Assembly (NCBI GenBank): GCA_051362555.1
Contig: CM120647.1
Location: 8,308,001-8,372,000, forward strand
From: Lingula anatina
Lineage: Eukaryota; Animalia; Brachiopoda
DNA length: 64,000 bases
Direction: 5' to 3'
Shown: positions 24,553 to 37,222 of the stretch, in pieces
Layout: the number at the start of each line of letters is the position of its first letter
Numbering within the stretch: position 1 is the stretch's first letter
The notes under the pieces: model-generated
What the model was told of the DNA's origin: nothing
The model's input: the letters and a program-made list of their open reading frames with translations, nothing else
Databases searched by the model: none
Made by a program: the position numbers and the translations under genes

Positions 24553-25581
24553 AATTTTAAGCAGCAGATCTAGTTTTCATCGAAAAGCGGTATTGAAAAA
24601 ATATTTAATTTGGGTTTAGGAGATGACACTCCACCTGCGTCTTTTTCATGGTCAGTCAGAAATATGGTAAAGAAACGGGTTGAAAATTGTCTTTGTTATG
24701 GTGATCAAAATCGAAAATTAAATAAAACCTTTTCATAGACAGTTAAGGTATTGGACACAACAGTTAAAGAGATTATCAGATTGGATGATGTCTGTTTCTC
24801 TCTCTCTCTCTCTCTCTCTTTTTCTCTGTCTCCTTTTCTCTTTTGCTCTCTTTCTTTCTCACTCTTTCCCCTCTCTCTCTCTCTCTTTCTGTGTCCATTT
24901 GTCTCTTTCTCTATCTCTAATAATAATAATAATAAAGATTAATTTTTTATTAATAATTTTTTATCCCCAGCAATGATTCTTACTGAAATAAACTATTTGA
25001 TTGTTTTTATGCAACGATAAGATATCTCTTATAACACCAGAAGATGAATATAAGTAGACTGATATAGTGCAGCTGATCAAATGATGTTTTAACTGCAAGA
25101 AAGTGTACTATTGTGTATATTCAACAGTGAGTGCAGCTAAGTACAGGCAGGCGGAAAGAGCCCATTTTTAAAGTAAGCCTTGACATCAGTGTAGGTTTTT
25201 CGCAACAAGTGGTTTCAATACACAATACAATTGAATCTCCTTGATCGCAGAGTTGAAGATCATGTAACCCAAAACGTGTAACACTAAGTTTACGTTGCTC
25301 CAAACAAAACAAAACAACGCGTGTATGGGAAGAAACGGCTGGCGAGTGGTGGTATTTCGAAAGCCGCTAAATAGGACGTGCTTTTTTTTTCTTGGCATTA
25401 ACTGGTAACAAGTTTAGTTTATTTAGGCACATATAGAGTGAGGAAGATTATAAAAAGGGGAGATTTGCGGAGACTGGTGTATTCCCTACAGCATTGTTGG
25501 CAAATATCATTAGTTATACTTACGAAAATTCGCTATAGGAAACCTACAGGACACTACAGGACTCAATAGGGCGTCCTATAA

Positions 25582-25863
25582 GAGCCAATTCAGAACAGAT
25601 GATCCGGGGACTAACTGATCCGCCGATTAAATATGGCCGACACCACTTAAAAAGCGAGCTGCTGATTCCCTGATGGTCTCCCCGCCTCCACACGCGCCGT
25701 CGCTTTAGGGGCCTAGCAAATAAACCTCGGAGCCGAAATTGAATCCGTTTAATGGAGGACGGGGAGACCATCAAGGAATTAGCGGCATTGCTTTTAAAGT
25801 GGGGTCGGCTATATTTAGTCGGCGGATCAGTTAGTTCGTGCATCATCTGTTCTGAACGCGCTC
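25582..25863. mobile_element. PIF/Harbinger-type (Tourist-like) MITE, family A variant
   Basis: gagccaattcagaacagatgat... / ...atcatctgttctgaacgcgctc, TAA on both sides. Confidence 0.8.
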
Positions 25864-25881
25864 TAAGAAACGCGTCTTATA

Positions 25882-26249
25882 CTCCATTCACACTAGCACT
25901 TTTAACCGCGGTCAAGGCCTGACCTCGGTCCTATCGCGGTTAACTTTTCTAACGTGAACGGACAACGTAGCCCTGACCGCGGTCGAAAAAAAAAACCCAG
26001 ATCGGGAGGTGGGTATGATCGGAGTAAACTCCTGACGGCGGTCAAGACCGGATGTCTACATATGAAGCGCACGCGCACAAGTGTTTCGTCATTTGAGCTC
26101 CGCATGCTTGACAGGAAGTTCGCTTGCTGAGTTTCTACCGCTACTGATCGCTGCCGGTGTCAGTGTGAACGCGGTTTGGACGCGGTTTGGTTGACCGCGG
26201 TTTAATCGGAGTTAACTCGACCGCGGTTAACGTTCTAATGTGAATGGCC
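25882..26249. mobile_element. MITE family C with internal ccgcggt repeats
   Basis: TIR-like ccattcacactag / ctaatgtgaatgg, repeated taaccgcggtc motifs. Confidence 0.65.
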
Positions 26250-26254
26250 TATTA

Positions 26255-26666
26255 GGGCGCATTCAGAACAGCGGACTAACAGATCCGCAGATAAAGTTGG
26301 CCGACCCACTTAAATGCTTGTTGCGTAATCCCCGCGGGAAATCTATTCAGTTTTTAGTCAGGACTTAAGCGGCAAGCTTTTAAGGGAGTCGCTGTATTTT
26401 ATCCGCTGATCTGTTAGTCCGCTGTTCTAAGGCTTCGTTCACATGAAAAATCTGTTTTCTAAAAATCTATTTTCTATTCGCGGTATCCTGTGATCACGGT
26501 CTGTGCCCTGAATACCCCTGCGGCGTAATTACTGGCAGCGCGAGCTAGTTACTTCCAAAGCTGTAATTAATTCTCGGCTCCGCTCGGAGTGATCACAAGA
26601 TACCGCGAATAGAAAATGGATTTTTAGAAAATACATTTTTCATGTGAACGGAGTCTAAATGTGTTC
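26255..26666. mobile_element. Family A MITE interrupted by a family B MITE
   Basis: gggcgcattcagaacagcggactaac...gttagtccgctgttc(taa)[insert](taa)atgtgttc; TTA flanks. Confidence 0.8.
26431..26655. mobile_element. Family B palindromic MITE (TAA TSD), nested
   Basis: ggcttcgttcacatg... / ...catgtgaacggagtc with taa at 26428-26430 and 26656-26658; sister copy at 51596. Confidence 0.88.
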
Positions 26667-27231
26667 TTAGTGATGATTGATACTTGGGGTGCGAATCAAT
26701 GTTATTGTATAGATTTCAGAAAGGCACTGAAAGAATGCCGGGGGCTTGTATTATCAAACAACTTACAAGCTTTCAGTGAGAAAGACAGGAGACGATGATT
26801 GACATACAACGTAGATTACAATATCAAAATACCGTCCAAAAGAAACCCAGTCGCGGATATATAGATGAAGCGTTTTAATCCCAGCCAGACATGTATCAGC
26901 GCGTGACTGATTCTTTTATTATTAAAAAAAAAGAAAAAAATATTTAGTATGAGATCTGGCTGAGAGATTAAGTCACAACTGTTATTGTGATGTAATCGCA
27001 TTACAGAGTTAGATTATATGGGTATTTAGTTATTGATCGACTGAGAGTCATATATCCTGTTGACTCGCGTTGCCAACAGGTGTTTCCTTGCGTGCTTTTC
27101 ACCTGTTGAAAGCTACATGTTGTCTATAGCTTGGGTGAAGAGTGGGATTCCTGTGTATTAATGTCAGCACAAAGAAATTAGCAATGAAATTACAGTGAAG
27201 ATAAACTGGTAAGCCAATGGTACCGTAATTT

Positions 27232-27294
<63 letters not shown>

Positions 27295-27807
27295 AAAGAC
27301 AGATGCACACATGCAGCGTTACATGATAGCATTTTAAGTTTTGTCACGATTTGACATTTCAAACAACACACTGTGGTTGACTCGATGCCGCGTGGGTTAA
27401 AAAATCCATTCTTTCAAGTTTCGTGTCCACTTGATAGTATGATCTAGTGTTTGAGTTTGGGTCAGGAAATAGAAATATTATCGGTGCCGAAACATGATGC
27501 TGTTGTTTTTATCATTGTAACAGTTACAACATGCTGTGTGTTATACTGTACGCGACAACTTCCAGTGACCACGGTTATTCTCTGAAAAGCGCTTGGGTTT
27601 GAATTAGAATTGTTTTCCTGCCCGTAGAATTAAATTTGTAAAAATACTCAACAGCGCGTTTTAATAGGGCAGGTATGGCTTTGCTAGGTAATGACTAATA
27701 GTGTTATTTATGTAAATACAAGCATTCCGTTGACATAGTAATACATCAAGTTATCAATACAGTATTTAATAACCAATTAATATGTTATTCGTATGTCACG
27801 TGCAGGG

Positions 27808-28023
27808 GATGTCTTAGATCAAGGCACATATTATGATACTTACAGGTGTGGCAAATGAGATGTGCTTGTATTCATTACCTGTGATTTGTAAAATGCATCA
27901 GAGGATGATACTTTTAAAGATGTTTAATGTTTAAAGAAAAGACATGTAGATTGATTTAGTAATATTTAGTAAAGAAATGTTAAATTAAAGGTGGGCTTCA
28001 TTTGTGCCTTGATCTAAGACATC
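27808..28023. repeat. Foldback with ~21-bp inverted repeats (MITE-like)
   Basis: gatgtcttagatcaaggcaca versus tgtgccttgatctaagacatc. Confidence 0.6.
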
Positions 28024-28192
28024 TGCACATGCCATACAAACAAACTGGCAGCTTGGCCAATTAACTTGGTCATTTAACTTACCCATTATGCTGTTAAAAA
28101 TGCAAAGACAACAAAGAATGGGCCCAGCCAGGGTGTAATAAACATGGGGTCTGGGCTTTTTATGCATGGGACTAGATTTGGTCCGGGCCTTT

Positions 28193-28195
<3 letters not shown>

Positions 28196-28262
<67 letters not shown>
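28196..28262. repeat. (TA)n microsatellite
   Basis: Pure TA run of about 33 units. Confidence 0.95.
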
Positions 28263-28265
<3 letters not shown>

Positions 28266-29214
28266 ACAACCACGTCTTACATTTGTAAATAATTTTTGAT
28301 TTAATTGGATAATGCGCTGTTGTTGTTGTTGTTGTTGGTCACTTGCAGGTGAAGGAGTAAAATGACCGCTATCACCTGTCATGATACTGACCGCTCTTTG
28401 TGCTAGCACGGATCAAAAATAAAGTTCTTTTTAGCCTCGTTGTCACTGTAAAGGTGGCAAACTGTTAACGTGTTGCAAACGAGACTGTCAAACGGAAATG
28501 AAGTAATTTCCGATGCCCGCCACTTGACCCTTTATTACTTAGGCGTTTTAAGGCTATCAGCTTCCTCTATCTTAACTCAGAAAAACAACTTTGATCATGG
28601 TCAGCGTTCAAGAGAAACAAGATTTTGTCTAGAAGAAAGGAATCCTTTTCAAGCTTTACGACTGAAGAACATAGAGTGTACGTGGAGTGACGAAGTTAGT
28701 AATACCTATTGAGCATGCATTGTGGTGAGTATTTGGCATTTGCTGGTGAACGGTGTATTGGGCAGATAACGAGCCTAGGGACTAAATGTGACAATAACAG
28801 ACTTAATGAGGGTTTAGATGACGTATATTCGCGAAGGATTTGAGATCATTTGTCATTTTAAGGTGGGAGTGACAGTCACGGTCATACATGCATAAATGTT
28901 CAGCAATCTTAAAAGAACTGACATCTGAAAAATCCGGATTTTTCAAATTCGAATTTCTGGTGAAAAAAATCCGATTCGCTTGCTTGTTCACACACGCGAA
29001 GTGAAACCGAATCCCACGATGAAAATTTTCAGGTTGAACTTCCTGTTTTTAACACTCACTCATGCACCACACAGGAAAACTACAAATACCAATCAAAAAT
29101 ATGGACCACAATATGGCGCCATTTACGGCTATAATCGTACTCAGTTTTTGCTTTCTGTTTTTATTTGTGACGACAAGTGCAATTCAAGAGACATTCCAGC
29201 ATTCCCCATAAGAC

Positions 29215-29312
29215 ACTAAATAGATTCCCCGTGGTGATTACCCAACAAGCATTCGAGTGGGTCGGCCATATTTGATCCACGGATCTGTTAGTCCGCTGTT
29301 CCAAATGCGCTC
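29215..29312. mobile_element. Family A MITE, 3' half
   Basis: gattccccgtgg...gatctgttagtccgctgttccaaatgcgctc then tta. Confidence 0.7.
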
Positions 29313-29789
29313 TTAGGTTTTTCAAGATGTTGTTTGTGTTCGGTGCAGCGGTTATTATCTTCGTATATCGGTATGCCCCCGGTATGCCGGTCAACGATGA
29401 GCATATGTCCTGTGGTTGGCTAAGATAATCAACATGAACATCATAAACAACTTTGTTGAAGCAGAAAAGTCTTTTTACAGTCTGACTGTCGTTATTCTTT
29501 GGTCACATCTTTGCCCCAGTCTCAATTACTAATGAGGGCCAGACAATATGTAACGGCATCTCGACTTACTTCGGTTCGTAAAAATGCACAGAATGACTCC
29601 ACCTGCCTTGCAGCAATCTTTGCCTGACTAAGTTCTCATAAAATATGAAGACAAGGAATTATTTATTTATAGATTGATTTATTTCATACGGACAGGTACG
29701 GATTCTGAGAGAAATTGTTCGTACACGTCAATGTATAGGAAGGCAGTTAATTGGGTATGTGAGTGTAGGTATGCATTACACAGATAGGT

Positions 29790-30110
29790 GAACGGATATC
29801 ATTTTAAGGTAGGAACATGTAGGTGACCCCGGTAGGCAGGTAAGTTGGAAGGTATTTAGGTAGGTAAATCTAGGTACCCCAGTATGTAGTTTTGCAGGTA
29901 TTTAGGTAGGTACATATAGGTACCCTCGGTAGGCAGGTAGGTTAACTGACACGTATTAAAGTAGGTGCATGTAGGTGCCCCAGTGGGTAGGTAGGTTGGC
30001 AGGTATGGTTAGGTACATGTGGTTAACCCCAGTAGGCAGGTATTTAGGTAGGTATTAAGGTATGTAAATGTCGCTAGGTTGGTGGGCACCTGCAAGCTGG
30101 CGGGCAGGTA
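29790..30110. repeat. Degenerate AGGT/GGTA-based minisatellite (~50-bp higher period)
   Basis: Recurring ggtaggcaggta...aggtatttaggtaggtac...taggtacccc units. Confidence 0.75.
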
Positions 30111-30349
30111 GATGGAATGTAAGACGGACGCACAAAAAGACAGACATGCAGGTAAACAGATAGGTGGAGTTTGACCCTGTAAAAATAAGATTGTGATATT
30201 CCAGTTATATATGGGGTTGAACTTTGTTTAACCTTTAATACAGGTTTATCATATACAGATGGAAAAATACGGATGAAAAAACGTAACGTATATGAGCACG
30301 CAGGCCATAAACTAAGAGGCATTTTTACGAAAAAAAAAAAAACTCCTAA

Positions 30350-30517
30350 GAGATCGAAATATTGGTTTCACTGTGAAGTTAACGTAGATATATCTAACTC
30401 CGCTGGGAGTCTCGCTGAATGCAAGGGGTGTTCATCTGTTAATCTGACTGCATACAAAGAGTGTCCGTGGAGTTCGCTCGATGTACGTAGACCGATAGTT
30501 TCATTGCGAATCAGCCC
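30350..30517. mobile_element. Family D MITE (Harbinger-type, TWA flanks)
   Basis: Similar to 58604-58813; ends gtttcattgcgaatcagccc then taa. Confidence 0.6.
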
Positions 30518-30693
30518 TAAGACCTTAATCTTGTATTCAAGATAAAGCTACCCCCTGATAACAGTATAACGAGCGAAGCGAGTCGAAATAGAGCCCATTT
30601 TTTCTACCCAACGATAATAAGAGTCCCTTGGAACATGTTGATCTCTTAATCTGATTGCATTCAGCGAGAGTCCCTTGGAGTTACTGCGCGTTA

Positions 30694-32430
30694 CAGGCCT
30701 ACCCAACTACCAGACTCGGCACCTACGGATCCAGAATAAACCGGTGTAAGTGCCAGATTCCTTGCTTCAGATTTACAAGGTGTAAGTGCTAGATTCCCTG
30801 TTTTAGATATACAAGGTGTGAGTAGTTTTCATGACTTGCGTGAGTAGCGCGCCTGTTTTGAATGTAACCGAGTCATAACGCTACAGGATTTCCACAAGTA
30901 GGGTCTCTCCTGCATTTTACCGTTATTTCCAACGTTGTATGGTGTATTGTTACAGTTCTACGGAGAAATCATAATGTAAGTCTTTATATTATCATAATAT
31001 ATTTGAGCATTGTATTTATTAGTTTTCTGCATAAATGATAAAGGTAAAATATTGGTATATTAGCTAGAGCACCTGGTAGGGTGTGGCCATTAGTATGAAA
31101 TACAGTAAATGTAAAATACGCGAACGCATTAGTATAATTTGTCAACTGTAAAGCCTTGCTGTAATTCAGTATTTAACGTTTTAATTAAAATTGTATTATG
31201 GTAATTGTATTATAAGTTAAATTTCATATTATTTGTGCTTATTGAATAGATAACAGATTCAAGTCTCGCTATATAAAGCCGACTTTATGTAATGTTCAAT
31301 ATATCTAGTAAAATACAGTTATGTATTTGATGTATGTAATTTAAATGTTCAGATGTACATGTATAAGTATTTATATAGTTTCCTTTATTTATTTTATTTA
31401 TTTATTGTTTTCTTTCCTAGATTATGTACCTTGCTGTCTTGCTGAATTGCTGACTTGATGATTTGCTGATACGCTGACTTGTCCATTTGCTATACCGACA
31501 TAAGAGTTGTGAATGGCAAAATGTTAACTGAACTGAACGTTGAAATAAAGCATGAGTTACATATATTCTCCACTGTCTCAACGATTTCACAACCGGTATA
31601 TCAGACCACACTACCCGTTTTCAAGGTGTGTGTCAGATCGCATTACAGAGTATCAGCCACCACGCCGATTTTGCCTGGTGCGCGATATGATATCGATGAT
31701 CCTAGTAATAGATCGACCCCGAGTCAGCACGAGTGCGAAGCACGAGTGGATGTCACATAACCCTCGCTGACGAGGGATCTATCTTATTTAGACCACGGGT
31801 CCATTAGCGGGTTATAACGCATTCATGCGAGACGTGCGGTTCTGCGGTTATACACCACGTCTGAATCTTTTGTTCTTCACTTCCACCGTGGTCTGAAGCG
31901 GGGTTGGAAAGTAGTGCATCTCAACAGATTCATGCGCTGCTGCAATTTTCCTTGTTTATGCTAAAAATCTGACAATACCGCAATTTTTAACATAAAATTT
32001 AGGTTCGAACATAGCCAATGATGTTTTGTAAATAAGAACTTGCAAACTTATATATTCATTTAGAAAAGTAGACCTAATTTTGATAGCGGAAGCATATTCT
32101 GTCGGGGGTTTAATATTTTCTGGACGAGATTCAGTGAGTCGTCTGTCGCCATGTTGTCACTCGGAACTACTCCGATGTCTCCGCACTCGACAATAGTATG
32201 GAGCTTGCGGAATGAGCCGAGGATTGCCGATTGTTGTTGTATTCATACGACTCCTACTTGACGAAAACGAGGCGCGATATCCGGATGACAGGTAGGCTTA
32301 CAAAATCTGTGATGGGGTATGATACACTGTAATGCGACCTGAACCCACACCTTGAAAACGGGTAGTGTGGTCTGATATACCGGTTTCTTCTGGATCCGTA
32401 GGTGCTGAGTCTGGTAGTTGGGTAGGCCTG
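30694..32430. mobile_element. Non-autonomous TIR element, CAGG...CCTG, ~130-bp TIRs, 6-bp TSD (gcgtta/gcatta), inserted in a family D MITE relic
   Basis: caggcctacccaactaccagactc...accgg plus tatatcagaccacactacccg... is the reverse complement of ~32300-32430; left TIR split by a solo LTR. Confidence 0.85.
30745..31591 (+). mobile_element. Solo LTR (847 bp, TGT...ACA, 5-bp TSD ACCGG; BEL/Pao-like)
   Basis: accgg|tgtaag ... ttcaca|accgg; AATAAA about 45 bp from the 3' end; removing it restores the host TIR. Confidence 0.82.
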
Positions 32431-35400
32431 GCATTATCTAGGTCGACATAACTCATTCTGAACGATCCCATAGACTTTAATCCTCCTTATCTTAATAGAT
32501 TATTATTGTTGACCTGTGAATCCATCAGTGAATGTTAATGTGATGCTAAATCTGGTTGTGCAGCCAGACGGAGCACCTTCTCTCGTGTGATATCCGGTCA
32601 TTGGATAGGGTTCACTGTCTTGGTGTGTTTGTGAATAAAGCAGATTACCCAGGGTTCCTGTCGCCGGAAAAGGCAATGTCGTCTGCTCATACATTTCTTG
32701 CTTGACCGCTGTGAGCCTTTGAACTAATAGTTGATTGTTTCAAGGAAAACTACATTACCGTCCGTATGTAGTCTGGGAGGATGCTCGGTGTAAAGTGATC
32801 AGTCTATTTCTGAATAAATTTTAAGGGGAAAAAAGATAAGTAAGTTACTATCCCGAGCAAGAACGACTGTCTAATTTATTGCTTTGTTACAGTCGGAACC
32901 GTTATTAGGATTTACTATGTAGACGACATTTTAATCAAATTTTCTCGCTGCTTTTAAGTGTGCAGGCAGTGAGTGGCCACGGTACATGATACGGGAAGAG
33001 TAGTGAGTAGGAACATTAACGCTGTGTTTAGAAGACACATCTTAGGCATCAGGTCGAAAACGGAGAAAGTATTGGACACAGGGTGCATTTTTCTGTGTGT
33101 TGTGTGCATGTAATTCCAAGAGAGAGTTTGAAAAATAAAAACTATGTGTGAGGCAGTGTGTGCGCGTGTGTGTGTGAGACAGAGAGGGAGAGAAATTGCG
33201 GGAGTGAGAGAGAGAGCAAGTTTGATAAGGAGGATATGGACCCCTTATTTATGTTAAGAGAACTCCGCAACACTGATATATTACCGCCGTTCAAGAGAGT
33301 ACAAATTGACCTCCACAACAGCCCCTTTTGTTGTGTAACATGTTACATAACCGTCTGGACTCGCCTGTACACGGCTTATTTACAATGATGACTTTATCTA
33401 CTGGGTATGGGATACCTTTGATCTGCTAGTCAACTATCTGCTAGTCAACTATCCACTTAAAACCTAGTCTCCGGTTTAAGTTGATAGACCACATGGCAAG
33501 ATTTGGAAGTGGTTATAGTTATAACCTAACCGAATGTCCAAGCGACCCCTAATCCGGAAGCTTACCCGAAACGTGTACCAGCTAGTTTTACTATTACTGA
33601 GATTATAAGTGAGGCAATACTGACCCCAGATAAGGTTAGCGTAAATTGAACGAACGTCTTCGTCGCGCCTGGGTAGCTGTATGACCTGCCTCTGTCTAGA
33701 CTCGTGTGTAATCAGTGTAAATTATGACCTTGACCTCTGTCTACACTCCTTTGGCCTTTATATGATAGATGGACACAGGTTGATCTGGATGACTCACTCG
33801 TATGTTGGCCAATACATCAACTGTACTGTACGCCTATTGCTGTGAACAAAGATCTGCTAAAACCATTCTGTAGGCTTGAAGTAAGTCATTTATATATATA
33901 TATATTTTTTTTTTTCAGTTTAAAAATTGGTCAAGTGTGTTAATATAATTGATTTAACAGTACGTTAGGAACTAGGTAGATTGGGTACCAGTATGTACAA
34001 ATACTAGTTATGCTTATATTTTGTGCGTAACTATTTATCTTACGCGAAGTTTTTCAGATCAAAATGAACGAATTTGTATGACCGTGCCACCTGAACAGAC
34101 AATCGAACGTATGACTATTCCTCACTTAATTTTCGTTACAACAGGGGTAAGTCTGGTCAGCAGGCTGGATGAGGCTGTTATAACATCTGTATGATGTTTG
34201 TCACAGTTTTTTTTTACTTTAAATAGTGAAAGGTCTGGAATCGAACGTATCTGAAATCATTGACCCGCCGCTGTGATGCATTACGTATCTGCCTAGATAG
34301 ATTTGCACTTTGACCAACTGGTGGTCGTTTGCCACTGTCTGGACCTGCGTGTATAGAAAACAAATTGGTGATCGCAGGTCACAGATAGGACTTGTTTGTA
34401 TCGAGATCTACTAGCGGTTAGAGGTCATCGTCTGGAATTGCGTGCAAACAAAACAACTGGCGGCCGTACCTAGTACCTTGACCAGACCGGTCGGCCTCGC
34501 TGTCTGGACTTCAGTGTTGAAAGACACGAGAGTTGACCGTGAAGTGACCTCGCTGACCGAAGCCTTTTCCCTGCTGTCCTAGCTGGTGATTGGTCCGAAT
34601 TCAGAGATTGGTCCGAATTCAGAGATTGGCGACTTAGAAAATACCATGGCTTTTAGGGGTACGCCTTATATTCCGAGGGTTTGTTGTTCCGAGGGTCTGA
34701 TATTCCGAAGATTGTAGGCGCCAAGTTCAAAAATCGACTGCTGTTACGTATGAGATTAATGGCAATGGAACCAGGATGTTCAACAAGGTTGAATCATTAA
34801 CGTTGCAGCAGAAAGCAAATTTATTTCTATAAGAACTTAGAACGTGTGAAAGGGAGTTCTGGAAACCTGAAGAGTGGTTAACGAATCTGTGAACGTTAAC
34901 CATACTGCTCAATGTGATAAAGGCCTCCATAGAATATTACAAGGAGGCAGCCACTTGACTTTGGGGAAGAATCAATCACTTAAGTTATACCGGTTCTTGT
35001 CTGACTTCCTTCCCACTCTGCAGTACTTGCAGTACACTCATCAGTGTATTAAAATACAAAACAGATCAAATCAATGACAAATCTTGACATTAATGCACCA
35101 GGCAGCCTATATACAGAGCACTTTGATATTTGGTGAGGCATTTGATCAAATTTTATTCCAGTACCAGTGCAGGCTTAATTAGAGTCCCTAAGAGACATTC
35201 TGACATTAGAAATTATTTTCCGATTTCAGCTTTGTGACGGGTGTTGAGGTTCTTTGGTTCGCTTCGTAGCGACTTGGTGCATGCAAGACAGTCTGAACTT
35301 TGCAGGCTCAGAAATTAATTCAGGAAAAGTCACGGAAATTGCCATGCTTTCATTTAGACCTTATCTGGACAATTTCTTGCTGAGTATAGACAGAGAAGCG

Positions 35401-37107
35401 TGGGCTAGCATGTTCAACCACACTCACTGAATAGAAAAATCTCATACTGGATTCACGAAGAAATAAAGCTGTGATCCATCGTACCACCGATTGTCAACAC
35501 AGAAAGAAATAAGTGTCAGTGACCCGATAAGCTAAAATTTGTGTCTTAAAGAGTTCACACCTATTTTCGGACTAAACTTCTCGTGTGAAACGGTCCCCTG
35601 CATCTGTATCATCTGTCATTATCATATGGGACCGCGGACTTTTCGTTTAGAGTACTACCATTCCCGCCACGCAGGGTTGTTCCCTTCTGTTAAGTGTCAT
35701 GGAAAAGAACACCCACTTTTCTTCCTTCTTTCCTCGGCGGATATTCATAATTGTGTGTGCCAGCTCAGAGGTGATTGAAATTGACGATCGCGTTAACATT
35801 TGCGAAATGCGCGACATTTGCAAGACATTCCATTAAGAATTAATTTGGTTTTCCAAGCCTTTTGATTAAAGCGATGCGAAGTACCAACGTGAGGCTAAAA
35901 GACAGAACTTAATTGACATTTTATCGAGTTCAGATAGATTCCTACGGCCATGTGTTATGTATCTCTGGATCTGTAGATTGATCTTGTTATTTTCCTCTCG
36001 TAAATAAGATATGTCCTGTGATATGATTGATCAGTTCAGTTTCAATGTCAAGGTCACATGTACCTGTCTAACTTAGATCTAACTTATGGTTGTTTGAGCT
36101 GCCCTCTAGGAGCATAGGCCACCAAAGCGGCCCCTCCCTTCAACACTCTTCTCAACTTTCCTCAATAGTTGGTTGCAGACCACCCCAAGTCTTTTGTCTT
36201 AATGATACATATAGGTCACATGTGGGTTGCCCGAAACCCAATAGTTCTTAGTCTCAAGGCATTCGCATTGAGAAGGTCAAGGTCATATAAAGGTCACCCA
36301 ATCCCAAGTGTTGCTTCTTTTCATTTCTATTTCAATTAAGCGGAAAATATAAATCATTGTTAACAATATTAACAATGATTTATATTTCAATTAAGCGGAA
36401 AATATAAATCATTGTTAAAATTGTTATTTTTCTCTCTCATAATTGAGATTTGCCTCATAATATGATAAATCAATACAGTAAATGCATCTGTTTCACTAAT
36501 TGGGTTAGCAGCAGTGGGTTTCAGATTTTGCAGACGATGCAGTCAACGGGGATTCACATATGATAGACAGAGGCCATTTGTAGTTTTCCTAGACTCCCAA
36601 AACCCTTTGTTCTAAAGCTCAGGGGGTCACATATAGGAGGTCAAGGTCACACATACCAAGGCCACGCGATGTCCAAGTATTGCTCTCTTTCATTTGTTTT
36701 CCTTGCACTACCCAGCGGAGAAGAGACATTTAAAGAGATCTATCGAAATGAGGATCGGAAATGGAAGATGGGATGAGTGCATTTGAAATTGTGCGGAATT
36801 ACAGATACTTGTATAGATTGATATAATTCGTGACAACGGGTTATTGCTAAATTGCAGCCATACACTATTAAAGAACAATTCAGGAATGAATGAATGATAA
36901 ATGGTATTTTGTTATCAAGGTCCTATTTCATGGCTCAATGCTCGACGTAATGGAACGATTGCGCTCTCGTATTGCTTTTTTGTGGCTGGTAGATTCATTA
37001 GTTCATCTCTGATCATGATCAGCTCCAATATTTGGTTGACATTTTAACCGCTGATATTACCAAGGGTTCTCGGTAGTGTCTGCGTGCGCCCCCCCCCCCC
37101 CCTTCCC

Positions 37108-37113
<6 letters not shown>

Positions 37114-37150
<37 letters not shown>

Positions 37151-37222
37151 ACCAGTATGCACTCGTAAGTATGTATGTATGTATGTATGTATGTATGTAT
37201 GTATGTATGTATGTATGTATAT
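37114..37222. repeat. (TG)n and (TATG)n microsatellites
   Basis: Directly visible simple repeats. Confidence 0.9.

Noticed and set aside
27985-28409. ORFs with YIYIYI and polyQ tracts
   Set aside because: Translations of (TA)n and (TGT)n microsatellites
36085-36170. Possible second RTE LINE tail (ttggtggcctatgctcc on the minus strand)
   Set aside because: Too short to support without a database search
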